A DNA stretch of 63,795 nt, the filler included, from Choristocarpus tenellus KU-1152 (Eukaryota; Protista; Phaeophyceae), in NCBI GenBank assembly GCA_964200185.2. It is 4 parts of 4 records of this genome, joined end to end, with 100 filler letters (N's around TTAATTAATTAA, not from the genome) between each part and the next. Parts side by side here need not be neighbours in the genome. Positions count along the whole stretch, not along the records: positions 1 to 25,994 come from CAXNAD020000173.1; 3 more parts are not named here. One strand, 5' to 3'. The translations under genes and the position numbers were made by a program. Position 1 is the stretch's first letter; each line of letters starts with the position of its first letter. The notes below the pieces were generated by a model. The model worked only from the letters and a program-made list of their open reading frames with translations. It was not told the DNA's origin and did no database searches. Below, piece by piece: positions 1-12,900 of this stretch.

Positions 1-325
1 CTGAGTATGTTGCATTGTGTGAGTTGGGGAAAGAGGTTATGTTCCTAAAGCAAGTGCACATGTTCATGCAACCACTTTATAAGGATTGCCCTTTTCTGTG
101 TTTGAAGACAATAGTGGGGCAATCAAGTTGGCTGAGAAGACAGCTTCAGGGGGTAGGACAAAACATGTAGATATCAGATATCATTATGTTGGAAACCTAG
201 TGAAAGAGGGGAAGGTACAGATTATGTATGTAAAGTCTGGTGAACAACATGGAGATTTGTTCACGAAGTCTTTGAGTGGTAATGTGTTTGAGTTTCACAC
301 TAGAACCATAATGCACTGTGAGTGA
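1..325 (+). mobile_element. Ty1/copia LTR retrotransposon pol C-terminus (RNase H), frameshifted and truncated by the window edge
   Basis: Frame from nt 3 reads EYVALCELGKEVMFLKQV. A different frame (ORF 86-325) continues FEDNSGAIKLAE...RTKHVDIRYHYV...EQHGDLFTKSL. These are the classic copia RNase H motifs, with a frameshift around nt 80-90. Confidence 0.92.
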
Positions 326-371
326 GGGGTAGTGTGCAGACTGAGTTCATTGGATTCATGATGAATGGAAT

Positions 372-805
372 GAGCAGGGGAGTGTGTCATGATTTTGCTT
401 ATCCAAGTGTGGGATTAAGATTTGAAGTTTACAGGATCAGTTGATTTCAAATTGGATTTCATTGTTGGACGAATTTGATTCTCACTGCATAGTCAGAGCA
501 GGGGAGTGTGTCAAGATTATGCTTGACTATTTGTGAGAATATGATTTGAAGTATTATTCTATGTACGCACAGAAGATAATGCGGGATATTCGGGATATTT
601 AGGCGGGATATTTGATCGGAAGTAATCGACGGACTATTAGAGTCGGAGTGTTTCTGACGGGTAATAGAGAACCGTTGAGTCTTTTGGTATTCTGAGCCAT
701 TCAATGTTAGGATTGCTGAGCCCCACCTAGTGAAGGTATCTCACTCTCTTCTCAACTGTGGTACAAGCTAATAAATAATAATATAACTGGTTGTGTGGGA
801 CAACA
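372..805 (+). mobile_element. Polypurine tract(s) and probable 3' LTR of the copia element
   Basis: GAGCAGGGGAGTG followed by TGTCA at 372-389 and again at 496-513. Candidate LTR 509-805 begins TGTCA and ends CAACA. The right boundary is inferred only. Confidence 0.55.
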
Positions 806-2442
806 GATCGTCAAGGACAGCTTAACAAAGTACAATGGCACCAAACAAAATTGTCAGGTGACAGATCTGTCATCAAGATTCTTGTAAGCTGAGGTGCAGA
901 AAGGATGTGATGTAGATGAGGTGACTCATAGTATGTTATCATCATCTTACAGGGGTGGAAGAGTTCGTGGTTAGGGAAGAATGTTTTTGGTGTGGATTTG
1001 TGGAGGAAGGAGAATGTTGCAAGAGGTTGTCGTATGAACATGTTGTAGTTTGTGTGTATCTGCATTCGTTAGAGTGTTTGTTGCATATGTCGGTAGTTCA
1101 ATGTTGTGTTGTGATATAGTGCCAGTACGCACACTGACACCATAACAAGGCATACCTAGAAGATGACACAGATACCTATATAGTGTGTGGAACTGTGTAT
1201 CGATGTTTGATATGCTTACAGATGTAGTGGTGCTTTATGAAGGTTGAGTGGTGGTGTTAGGAAAAGATGTACTGTGTGCACGGGAGCTAGCAATTAGTTT
1301 CAACGCTGTTGTACAGCACAAGTCCAGTGTATGCACACTTGGACTTCATACATGTATCGTAAACGAGTTGGAGTAAACGAGAGGAACCCTGAGTTTCATT
1401 TTAACGATGCTGGCAAATATGTGTGAATCTCGTCATTTTTTCAAATGTGTGTAGGATATTTTCCGAGTTGTGTCGGAAAACTTCCAAACAACATAGAAAT
1501 CAATCCTCTCAAGTCAAACTTAGCACATCATCCTTAGAAAATATGAGTGAATTGCAAAAGATGGGAAAACTGGCTCATAATCCGAAAACGACCAAAATAT
1601 CGGTACCTCTTCTTTGGTCTGACTCAACAATATTACGAATACGAGTTGCTCGCCTAAGAGAGGAACGGAATGGTGAAAAACGTTACGAAGGGCAAGCTAG
1701 GAATAGTTGCATTATTAGTGTAAGAAGGATGCACAAACAAAAGAGAGTCGACAGGTTCTGTATGCACGTATGTGGAAGGAATAATATTTCTCTATTGTAG
1801 TGTGCACATCACACGTATGTTTCGCACATTCGCATCGCGCATGCTCCTTACTAACAAATCCCATCATCTTCACATCCCCACCCCCGCCCCCCCCCAAAAA
1901 AAAGAAGAAAAGTTGTTCACCTCCCACAAGTTCGGGGTGGGCGGCACAACCAGAAAGTTTTTATTTGTGAAGTCATGGCTCGAAGTTGTGTTTTGTCATA
2001 TTCTGTTGGTGTATGTGATAGGCAACGTCGTGGGGAGTTGCTAGGACCAGCGAAGAGAACGTCAACTCACAATGAAACTGTTAATAATGCAGAATAATGA
2101 GGGGTGGTCATATGTTATTAAACTGTTCTCAAAAACTTGTGACATGTAGTGGGATATATGTATATATATACAACTGTTCCGTCTTTGTGCTACATCCACA
2201 TAAGATTACTACAAAAAACACACTTTGAGATGCCTTCTTGGTGGTTGTATGGATGATATGTAATTGTGATACAGTGTTGATGATGAACAGTTACACTAAA
2301 TTTGTATTTAGAAGAGAGTGCGTCGGAATAATAGTTGTCAGGTGTGTACACATGTGAAGTTGTAATAACAATCGCCACAGTTTATAGCTGATCACCTGAA
2401 GGCCATGGACCCAAATATTTGATGATTCCCGAGAGTCTCTCT

Positions 2443-2780
2443 GTAGCAACTAGTGTGTGTGTGTAATGGTTACGTGCTTATCTGCTGCCAGTAGTGTCCC
2501 ATGTTCCGTGTGTATCTATAACAACTAGTGAGTTTGTGGGTGTATGTGTTCGTGTATGAATGACGTGTGTGTGTATGTGTGCATCTCTGTAGCAACTAGT
2601 GCGAGTGTATATATAATGGTATGTGTGTGTGTCGCTAGGACCTAGCGTAAGTGTACATATATATATAATGGTAAGTGCGTGAGTGTTTGTTGCGACTAGT
2701 GTATCAGTTGCAATGGATGTGTGTGTCTGTGTGTGTCTGTGTGTGTTTGTGTGTGTGTGAACCATCACTAACACACACAC
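2443..2780. repeat. Imperfect GT-rich minisatellite/microsatellite
   Basis: Recurrent (GC)AACTAGTG...(TG)n...ATAATGGT units and (GT)n runs. Explains the H/T-rich spurious ORF 2478-2969. Confidence 0.75.
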
Positions 2781-4017
2781 AGTTTGTTGCGCCGACCAGC
2801 CTAGCCTACTTCCTGGTGTATCCACGTATAGGGCCACACATGTCTTGTTGACCGGTACATCTTGTCCCTCGCAGTCCAGGATAATTGGGTACAACTCAGG
2901 AACAATGATAGGGTTGGGATTGTATAATACACTGAAGCAAACTCCGTTCATTGACTTCATTAGCTTCATATTAACTTGACCTATCCCTCAAGTAGGCTCG
3001 TTTGTCATTGCGGAAGCAATTAAACGGCATGTTGAGTTGTTGCCTTCATTGATTCCTAGGAGGGAACGGAACAAATAAAGATAGGGGACTTGCGTTCACT
3101 GTTGCACTCCATATAATTCTTCTCGTGAGGATTTCCGGTCTATTTCGTTTAAGTTTAGTGGTTGAAATCGGATTCATTTCTTATCCTACCTTCCACTCAC
3201 AATCTCGTATTGGAAGAAGGGAGAACTCCGTTCCCATCTCCCTCTCAATTTTTTTGGTGATGTTTCTCGAAACTGGCACGATGATAGACAGAGATATACA
3301 ATTGTGAAATCGTCACTCCAACTCCCAAACCAACAGAAATTTGTTGGAATTTCTTTCATTTCTACAACTTTGTTTTCCGCAATCGATGTAGTTTCAAGTT
3401 TAAACTCTCCCTGTATCTTCCTTTGGCTTTTTGTGGTTCGAATAAGAAGGGTCTGGAATCTGTGACACTATTGTGAAGGAATAATAGGAAGCATACTGGG
3501 TTTGTTCATTGCTTTCCTCTCACTACCTTTAGATCCAGTCGATCTCATACTTACAATGTTACCACATATAGTAATAATCCAGTACCCTAAAATAGATAAT
3601 CTTGTCAACATGCTTAGATAATACTAGAAATAGGTAACGAACATAGAATTTTAAATATTTTGTAAACTTGGTCAAAAACATTATTATTAGAGTGAAAATC
3701 GCAACATAGTATAATGATCTCCCATACTTCGTAAACTGTAGAGCCTGTGTTGGAAAGAACAATTGTAAATGGTGTATCTCCTAATCGAAAAATAAAACTA
3801 GAAGTAGACGGATATGAGCGAGTACCTCTAAGTGTTCTCCACCAACTACCCACCCAACAAGAACCTTTCTCTTAGAAGCAGTAACAATATGGGATTGAAA
3901 AATGGTATTAAAAGAACATGTAAGAAAAAGCTATAGAGAAGAATACAAGGAAGTGCTTTAGAGGTGGGACAGTTAGTATTTGCTTGTGTAAGGAAACCTT
4001 AATTTCTTGCAAGCAAG

Positions 4018-7000
4018 ATGCCTCCCACTACCTGGGGTGCATGGTTGCCTCTCACTACCTGGGGTGCATGGTTGTTCCTTCTGCCCCTATGTATCAGGGG
4101 CCAATTTCGGGCCTATGATGGAACGGCAAACAATGAGCACTACGAATCTCAGGGATCAGTCATGACCGTGAGTGAGAACAGAAAATTAAATGTTGTCCTA
4201 CCAAATTTTTAGTGAAGAGACGCGACTGACGCTGTGGTACCTGGTATCTATCTGTCCACGCCTTCTGCAGCCCTTGATCCGCCTCCACGATGCATTTTAC
4301 GAAGATGGTGTCTCGAAGCCACCCCGCCAAGATGGTCCTAGTGCAAGAGAGGTGATGCACCACCTCTTCCTGGGTGAGTTGGTCATTTTCTGGTCCTCTG
4401 AATAGCGCGGGCATAGGTTATGTTATGCTTGAAAGTATGTAGATCGTTACATGTCCCATGTCCGCTCCAGATGCTAGCACCCAGGATGCAAATCTCCCTG
4501 AGAAAACACTGAACACACGTCTTCAGCGGTTAATGGTCCGAACTTGTAAACATGGTTATATGCAGTATGAGGAAGTGGTATATTGTTACTGGGAAGCTTG
4601 GTGACGTTATCCCTGTGAAGTGCTGGAAAGCTACAAATGCAGAACGCAAGATCAAAATATTCAACCTTGCTTCGCCGACCTCTCTCCACTTTCCAAAACT
4701 TGTACTTCAGGGCTTCCCCTCAACAAAACCCAAGGTACCTCTCAGTTCTTGCCAGCCTTTGGGCAACTAGTGGCGCATGACATCTTGGAGTTACGGGTAA
4801 ATGAGAGTGTAGAGGAAAGCTTTCCTATCCTGTGCTCTGATAATGTAGTCGACATGTGGTGTCCCCTGGCGAGCAATAGCAGCATCGACTTCCAGCGTGC
4901 AGAGTGGACGCTGGTGGGTGACATGGGGGGGGATGTTAATTGGTTCGTAAAAGAGATTCGTATACCTATGGGGCGAAATCTTCGATGACAAGGGGTATAG
5001 TTGCCATGCCACTGCATCTTTATCGCTTCTCCCGTTTCTGGACCCCCCGAAATTGCAAAATACGAGTTGTGGGAGTGGTGAAACCTGATGAACTCGTTGA
5101 AATGCTCTTCTCGATGTACGCACATCTCCAGGTGGATGGAGTTCGTTTTCCTTTAAATCATCAGACTGCGTACTTGGATGGCTCAACAATCTACGGCTTG
5201 GACGAAGAGACTGTGAAGTCCTTACGCTCTTCAGAGGGTGGAAAAATGAACCTCACTGAAGACGGGCTTCCGCATTACTCTTACAATACAGAAGATGGCA
5301 TAAAGATCCAGGTATGAGAAGATTCTCGTCGAAGCAATTTGTCACAACATCTAGAGATATTTGCCTATTGGTTGACAGAGAGTGGCAGAGGGAAGGAGCT
5401 TTTAAGAATCAATTTCTGTAGAAAACGACTTTCGGGGGACAGGTGTTAATTGTGAGAGATTGGCCACCAAGTTTGTTTCCACGTACATACGACCAAGATC
5501 AAGTTTATCATTGAATGGATATTGAGACGCCAGGGAATATGAGGTAGGTAATAACGAAGTTCAAACGTTGACCTTTGATTACTACAGGGCGTGAACCACA
5601 GAAGTCGGACCACAATGTACACGATATTCTATGTTACTGGGACATACCCTTTTACGAAGTCTCCTCTGTAGGGAGATATGATGAACGGTGACTTCATTTG
5701 TTGATAAAACGAAGCCCATCAAAGTGTGTCTTTACAGGTGACTATCTCCTTTCCCTACCATTTGTACAGACAGATGGAGGACACTGGATGCTTGGTGACG
5801 CCAGAAATGCTAACAATCTATCTCTCCTCTGGTGAGACTCCTAAGCATCCGGTACAGTATTCGGAAAAAAATACTATCTGCCTAATGGAACAATGGTTTC
5901 TCAGTATTTGATCGAAATCAGGGACTGGGAGGGAGCCTTCCAGCATAATCCGTGGCCCATCACCCCGCCAATGGCACAGCTATCTGCTCCAGTGGAATAG
6001 TGACTGGTGGTATCTCAATGTTTAACAGCTGACAGATCGTTGAAAAGAAATACACCTGGGATGAGGGGAGACATGAAAAATACGTGATGTTCCAAAGCGC
6101 AGATTTTCGTAACATTTTTTGTTGTGTTTTTATTGTCTCTCGTAGGCGTAGATATCATCACAACAACCGTTCTTAGGGCTCGGTAGCTGAGGAACCCTTT
6201 ATGCACTAGAGATCTAGAAAGGGTATGGAAGGCATATTTAAGAGCTATGGTACCATACCTCTCTAATTAAGGACTTGATGTTTCCATTTGTGCATGCAGG
6301 AAGTGAAGACGGTTTAAATTGCAAACAATTTGTAAGCTCTATTTCATAGATAAGATGCCACAACATTCTCCTCCTCCACAACCTTGTGTGTACGTTCCAT
6401 GTGCTCAACACCTGCCGAGCAGCCTTGTCATTACCTTCCTTCGTGAACACAACCGACGAGCAGAGGAGATAAAAGAAAAATACCCATCACTGGATGATGA
6501 GGTGAGATATCTAGGCCATACGCCATATCCATTTTCGTTTTTGAAAATATGTTCATCATACAATGTTCATGTCTGTGGTTGAGTAGTAATGTTTGTACTA
6601 ATACCCCAATCAGCCCCACTTCACTGTATTGCCAGGCGTATGCCCTTGTGGTGGAGTGAGGGTGGTTAGTATTACAACAACCTGTTGGATTCTACCTTAG
6701 GTACATAAAAGAGATCGTAGATTTTTCTTTTATCTATGCTATAAACCCCACGAACTGTCCAACCAGAAATGTATGGAGTTACGAAAAATGAATTTTGATG
6801 CATGTCATGCATGTGAGTATTTTGCATGTATTTCGCACATCTCTTATTCATTGGAGAAGGTTTACCCAGGTATGCAGGTGCCCAGGTTTGTAGGGCTGCC
6901 CTCACTTATAATTTGGCTTTTATTATTCTAACCCTACACTTAGTCTACATAGCGTTATGTTAAATCTGCTACAGAATTAATTTTAACCTTTCACATATTT

Positions 7001-9914
7001 CTGTGATTTCTCTTGCATCAATATATCTTTTGGTTAACGTCTGAACTTGCTTTATGATTCAGGAGCTTTTCCAGAGGGCACGGCAGTGGGTGGTGGCTTT
7101 GATTCAGACCATTTTCGAGGCCGAGTATGCCCCAAGAATTCTGGGGAAACCATTGGACGCGAGAGTTTATGATGAAGGCGTGGATTCAACCATCGATGTT
7201 TTCTTTGCTGCAGTGGTAAGAAGAGCCTTTGTGCAAATTGTAGTTCCCAATCAGCAGTTACCTTCTTTTATTTAGTCTGCTTTCATGGTTATTATACCCA
7301 TTCCTCTGGTGGATGGACAGTGGAGTCAAATCTATGTGCCTTGCTGGAAAATCCAAGTTTCTAAAGTTTGTCACGGCGTACTTTGCTCCCCCCCCCTGAC
7401 TGATGTGATGTATGAATTGAACTTTCCCCTACCTTGACCATGGTTGTGGGCAACAGGCTTTCAGGTACGGCCACAGTGCAGTTAGTAATGTCAACCGGCT
7501 CTTGGACAGGGAATTCTACCCCATTAGTGGTGACCCCATGCCTCTGCGACAGACCATGTACAACACACGGCCCACTGTGAGTATTTATGCCTTTTTAACA
7601 AACATGTTTGACAAGTGTGTGCAGGTGGTTGGGAAGCAATTCGCTCTCATTCAAGGGACAAGTTCCAAGAAAGTGAAGGGATTGGTTGAGCCATTTATGC
7701 ACAATTTATACAACTTTAAGTCAAATATAGGTGTAGGAAAATGCAGTATCCCAAAATCTGAGTTTCCACTAGGAGATATTTTGGGCATAAGGAAGCAATA
7801 GTTGGGGGAGGGGGTGTACTGGAGCTCTTGCCTGCCTAGCCTTTGTGCATGGCAGGATCTCAGCAGGTCGGAGTAAAGGCCTGATATTACAAAGATTTGG
7901 TGATATTACTGTGGAGTACAAATAACAAACTTGAGTACCGTCTTGATGGCATGTGACAATGCTAGCGCTCTAACCGCATGCATTTCGACCTTTGTCCCAA
8001 TATGGATAAGATCTTTAACGCTGGCATTGAGTCTATTCTTAGAGGACTCATGGTTGAGAACGAGCATTCAGTGGATGCGGCTTTTGTTGATGACCTGCTC
8101 TTGTTTGATGTCTCCATTCCGGTCTTCAATGTTCAAAGGGGAAGGTGAGCACAAATTTGTATGGAAACACCTCGCTAATACTGTTTCGCTTCTTTCATTT
8201 ATGTTGAGGAAATAGTGAAGCCCCCAACTCTACAGGAAAGAAGAGTGATAAACGCAGGGAGATACAGGGTGCCGTGTGGTTCGGGGGAAAGGATCCCAGG
8301 AGAAAAAAAGCTGGAATTATAGTTCCAATCATCGTCCACTTGCGTAACCATTGTGATACATGTATAATTGGCATTAGTAGGTCTACCAGCATTATTTACT
8401 TCATAATGGCTTGAGCATTAGGGGGTTAATGAACCAAAGTATCTTAGAGGGTAGGGCCGCGTCCATTTGAGGTCCAATATCCAATGTTGCGATTTGGATG
8501 TAATTTTGGCTATAGTGTTTGTTAGGAAGTATCAATATCCTTGTTCCAGACACACCTTTTCATAACGTATACATTTTACCTACTTCGACTCACTTTGGAG
8601 TAGGAAAATGTAAAACAAAAAAAACATGGGAAGCCAAGCTCCAAATGGACAGAGCAAAACTCGCACCCTCTAAGATACTTTTACTCTAATACTTCACCCA
8701 TTCACTGAAGGGAGCATAGTTACTTTGTCTTCTTACACGACACGTGTAATGGTTGTTTCGATGCTGCATCACTTGGTCACCCTGATCATCGAACAATAGA
8801 AATACACAAGCAGTGTGTTGTGCTGGAGAATTGGTCTTCTGGACATCTAGATGCTGATTTTGCAGTTACTGGTGATGGGGCTGATTTTTCTCCTGCAGAG
8901 TTGGGAGGTTCTCTATATCTCGTCGAGTTGCTTAGACTCGGAAGACAACTTCAAAGGGTCCTCACCTAGCTAGCATGATGCCCTCCTTGCTTGTCTCATT
9001 GCTATTTATGTTGTCCATTCCTATTCTCGATTCCAGGGACTTGGGAGTATGTTCTTTTAATGATTGCCGTGAGCCACTAGGGCTGCATCCCTTGGGCACG
9101 CTAGAGGACCTCACTGACGAGAAAGTGACACTGAGCATTCTGCGAAACTTATATGGGGAGTTGGAAGGTTTGGATCCATACGTAGGAGCCCTAACAGAGA
9201 GCATGGGAACAGGCTTGGTGCCACCACTCATGCTTGCTAGCATCAAGGAACAGTACCAGGTGGGGAGTTCACATCATGTTGCCGAGCTGAAGGGGCTTAG
9301 TGATAGCCTGAGAAAATAACTTGGAGCATGGAATTTGTGTTATCTTTTCCCCGCTCAAGGACAGTCTGCAATATGGTTGTGCTGCCCTCCAAATAGTCGG
9401 GAAAAGTGTAATTCATTATTCGCACACATATATATATATATACTTTTAACGCAAGAAGTGTAAGTTGGGCGCCGATTATGCACCCTTTCAAGCAAGCTAC
9501 GTCTCTGGGGTGTTGATACCAGTACCGACTTGATTGGAATCTTGTTCTCTGTAACACCACAATAACTAACTTGGGGTTCTTCTAGGCTGCGAAGTTTGGA
9601 GTGGAACAAGGTAAATGGGCACAAGATTAAATCTATACGTAGGCAATAGGATACAAGGTATGGGTTGTGTTAGCGAATCAGGTGAAACAAGATATTTTAT
9701 TGTTAGAGTGGATGAAATTTTGTTGGTACACAATTTCAATCCTCAACCTGAGCTTTTCCTTCTGATAGCGATTGCTGAATGGGGACCGACTCTGGCATAA
9801 TACTTCAAATGAATTTGAGGCCGTTGATGGTTGGTCGCTGGCTCGAGTAATCAAGGAGAATTGTGATGGAATGGACCTCTTTCCCGTCGATGCTTTTTCC
9901 ACGGCAACATGGAG
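4018..9914 (+). other. Domain: secreted-type animal heme peroxidase (An_peroxidase-like), exons 1-11
   Basis: FRAYDGTANN, PSAREV, FGQLVAHD (distal Gln/His), NHQTAYLDGSTIYG (Ca loop), GDAR (distal Arg), FLREHN, LFQRAR, EYAPRILG, AFRYGHS (proximal His), NVQRGRDLG, LDPYVGALTE, RLLNGDRLW, SLARVIKEN. Confidence 0.95.
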
Positions 9915-12900
9915 GTGAGGATTAGGTAAACATCTCCATTGGTGAGACAGCAAGGGTGTTGGCATAAGAATTAGAGAATGGTCCCACTTAGGACACTGGA
10001 CTATTTGGAATACACACAAGTACGAAGTTCTTGGGTTGCGACTTCTTCAACATCCTTTTTAATATAACATTTAATGAAAGAGAATTTAGAAGCCAGTGCA
10101 GACCCATAATTCATTGGTGGTGATTATTTGTAGTGTGAACGCTATAGACAATGTCAGATGTGCTAACGTAGCTTGAACTTATGCTGGAAGATCTGAGCTA
10201 TCCAAAGCAAGGAACACCCTGTCTCCGACCATTCGTTAAATTCTACTGCTCCTCTAAAGGAACTAACAAGAAAATGGGGCGATAGGACTTTCACCAGTGT
10301 CAATCGGAAAATTTACATTCGATTCCGAACTACAATCAATTCGACTGATACCTGATTTCCTTGCCCCTTTGGAAATTTTTGTTCCCCTTCAGGAATTTTT
10401 AGTCAAAGTATCTTAGAGGGTAGGGCCGCGTCCGTTTGGGGGACAAAATCCAGTATTACGAATTTGATGTAATTTTGGCTATCGTGTTTGTTAGGAAATG
10501 TCAGCATTCTCTAACCCTAACACCTTTCCATAAACTACACATTTTACCTACTCCGAAATTGTTTTGGAGTAGTTAAAATGTCTTAAAAATCCCTTGGAAA
10601 GCCAAGCTCCAAACGGACAAACAGGGAAAAACTCGTACCCTCTAGGATACTGTCACTCTTTATTCTAAGATAAGGAAACTTGTTCGTGTTTATATTTTAT
10701 AAGAATATGATATTTTGTCCTCACAATGGACAATTCAATTTATCTCTGCTAGAACTAACGCAGGTATTCCTTCACGCTGGTAAACAGTATGTCGTAGGAT
10801 CGCCACATTTGACATGGGTATAAGACCATTGGATTAGCATGGCTGGAGGAAACTTTACAGTACCTCTACGCAAACATGACCCTGTGCAGTTACAGAGTTT
10901 CATTGCTATGTGTATACTCCTGATCTTGTTTACACACTTTGTCACCTGAAACGTCTGCATCCATTGTGCATTTGTTCTGTGTTTTGAACTACGTGCAGTG
11001 TGTGCAGTGGCTCATGCTCTTCCACTGGAGAGAGTACGTTTGATTTGGACAGCTCCTATGACCTCAAATGGGATCTGGACGATTTCAGAGTGAACTTCAC
11101 AATTACGGTAGGTGATCATTTCGTTGGGGATACACCTGTTACCTCGCTCCTCTACATATTGTCTGAACTTTCATTGATTGTCATTCGAAGCTACTGTTGC
11201 AACAAATTACTATCACAATGCATAAGTAGAAGGAATCCTTCATTGGCTGCACAGCATACCCGTGTCTTGGGGTGTAGGCCACTAATTGCACAGCTTATTT
11301 TCCACCACCCGGTGCATATTCAACTACTGTTACGAACTTTGTTCTGGGCAGATATGTCAACTACGCTATCCCCCTCCTGTCATTTTGTTTCTCTATCGTC
11401 GCACTTGTTGTCATCACCTTGTATCTCTCCTGTGGCAGGTGGGTGAAGAAATTTCAACAGGATTTATTGGGCTTGGGTTTGGTTCCGTGGACATGGAAGG
11501 AGCTGACATAGTCTTTTGCGAGTTTGATGGTACAGGTACTGGCCCGGACTGCTACGATGGCATAAGCGTTGCCAACAGACAGCCCGATAGGGACATTGAT
11601 GTGAGTGTGTGGTGGAATATCTTGAATGTTGAAACACCAAAGCCGTTTCATTTTTATGTTGGATTGTATTTTGTAGCGATAATTGGGCGAGCTGATTTGT
11701 TCCAAAGAGCCAACGTAATTGAGAGGTAGACAGGTTTGGACCCTTTTTGTATTCTAGTCCATATTTCTTACACTGTGCAATACGTCCTATGAAGTTGCTA
11801 TTTCCTGTAATAGTGCACGCAAAGTTGATGTTTGATATTCCCCCATACCAGACACAAGGCGATACCATAATTAACCGAAGGCTCTTTCTGTAATTGCACA
11901 AAATAGCGCCTTTTGCCATTTCTCCTTGAAATGCAACCTTGCTTACCTCTCGAGTAGTTTGGCTAATACTACGCTTCGAGCTATCAGTGTAATAGGGTGC
12001 TGCTGCTGTATGCTTTGTTGGAAGTTTAGGAAATCCCTAGGCTACCTGAACGTAGTCAGGGTAATCAGGGACTACAATTCTCAGTGGGACAGGTACTACA
12101 ATGCGAAGTGTTGCGGTGTACCCAGGCGATGTGTTAGCCTTTTTCGACAAAATTGCATATAGGAAGGCGATCGAACCCTCCGTAGTAAATATTATCGTAT
12201 CTTTAGTGCACACCTGAGGCACCGATAAGGTTTTTTGGTATTATTTTGGGTCATGATCACCAATCTATGTTAATAGAACCATTTTCTGGCGCCTCGAAGA
12301 TGACGTAATGAATTTTATTTCAACCTGGAAAAAATATACTCCAGGAATACATGTTTTGACATGGAGAACATTCAGGCTGGGATGCACGATGGTGATATCT
12401 GTCTCTTGTGTGTGAATGTTTGCGTTATTCAGTGATCAGGACGCCATTGCTATCCTGCTATGTTAAAAGATTGCGTGAAATGGGCCTCGTTGCCCATCTT
12501 GTACTCCACATAAAGTATGGATTCGGCTCAACATTGAATTACAATACTATGGGGTTGTACTCCACATAAATGATGTACACTCTTGCAACCACTCATCAAC
12601 ATGCTAAGTCAGATAGCACCACTACCTCTATATGACTTATCATAATGAGTACAGTGTATGATGATATCCATGTTTTTCCGCCCGACTACACGAAATCGTA
12701 CATGAAACTGTCGCTTGGTGTCGTATGCTTGTACCAGCACTCGCAAGGGCACGGTTTACTGCCACACGCTATCCCAGGCTTGTAGATGATGATCTCCTCC
12801 AGCTATCTTGATACACCATGCACAGTGACAATTTCTCGATCTCTTGATCTCCTACGTCCTACGCTTGTGGGTTGATGAACAATCAAAGGTGGGAGGAACG

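Noticed and set aside
2478-2969. 163-aa His/Thr-rich ORF
   Set aside because: Product of (GT)n/(CA)n low-complexity DNA.
7457-7576. Fatty-acid dioxygenase/cyclooxygenase assignment for the peroxidase domain
   Set aside because: The proximal motif is FRYGH (peroxidase-type), lacking the catalytic YxxH arrangement of COX/alpha-dioxygenases.
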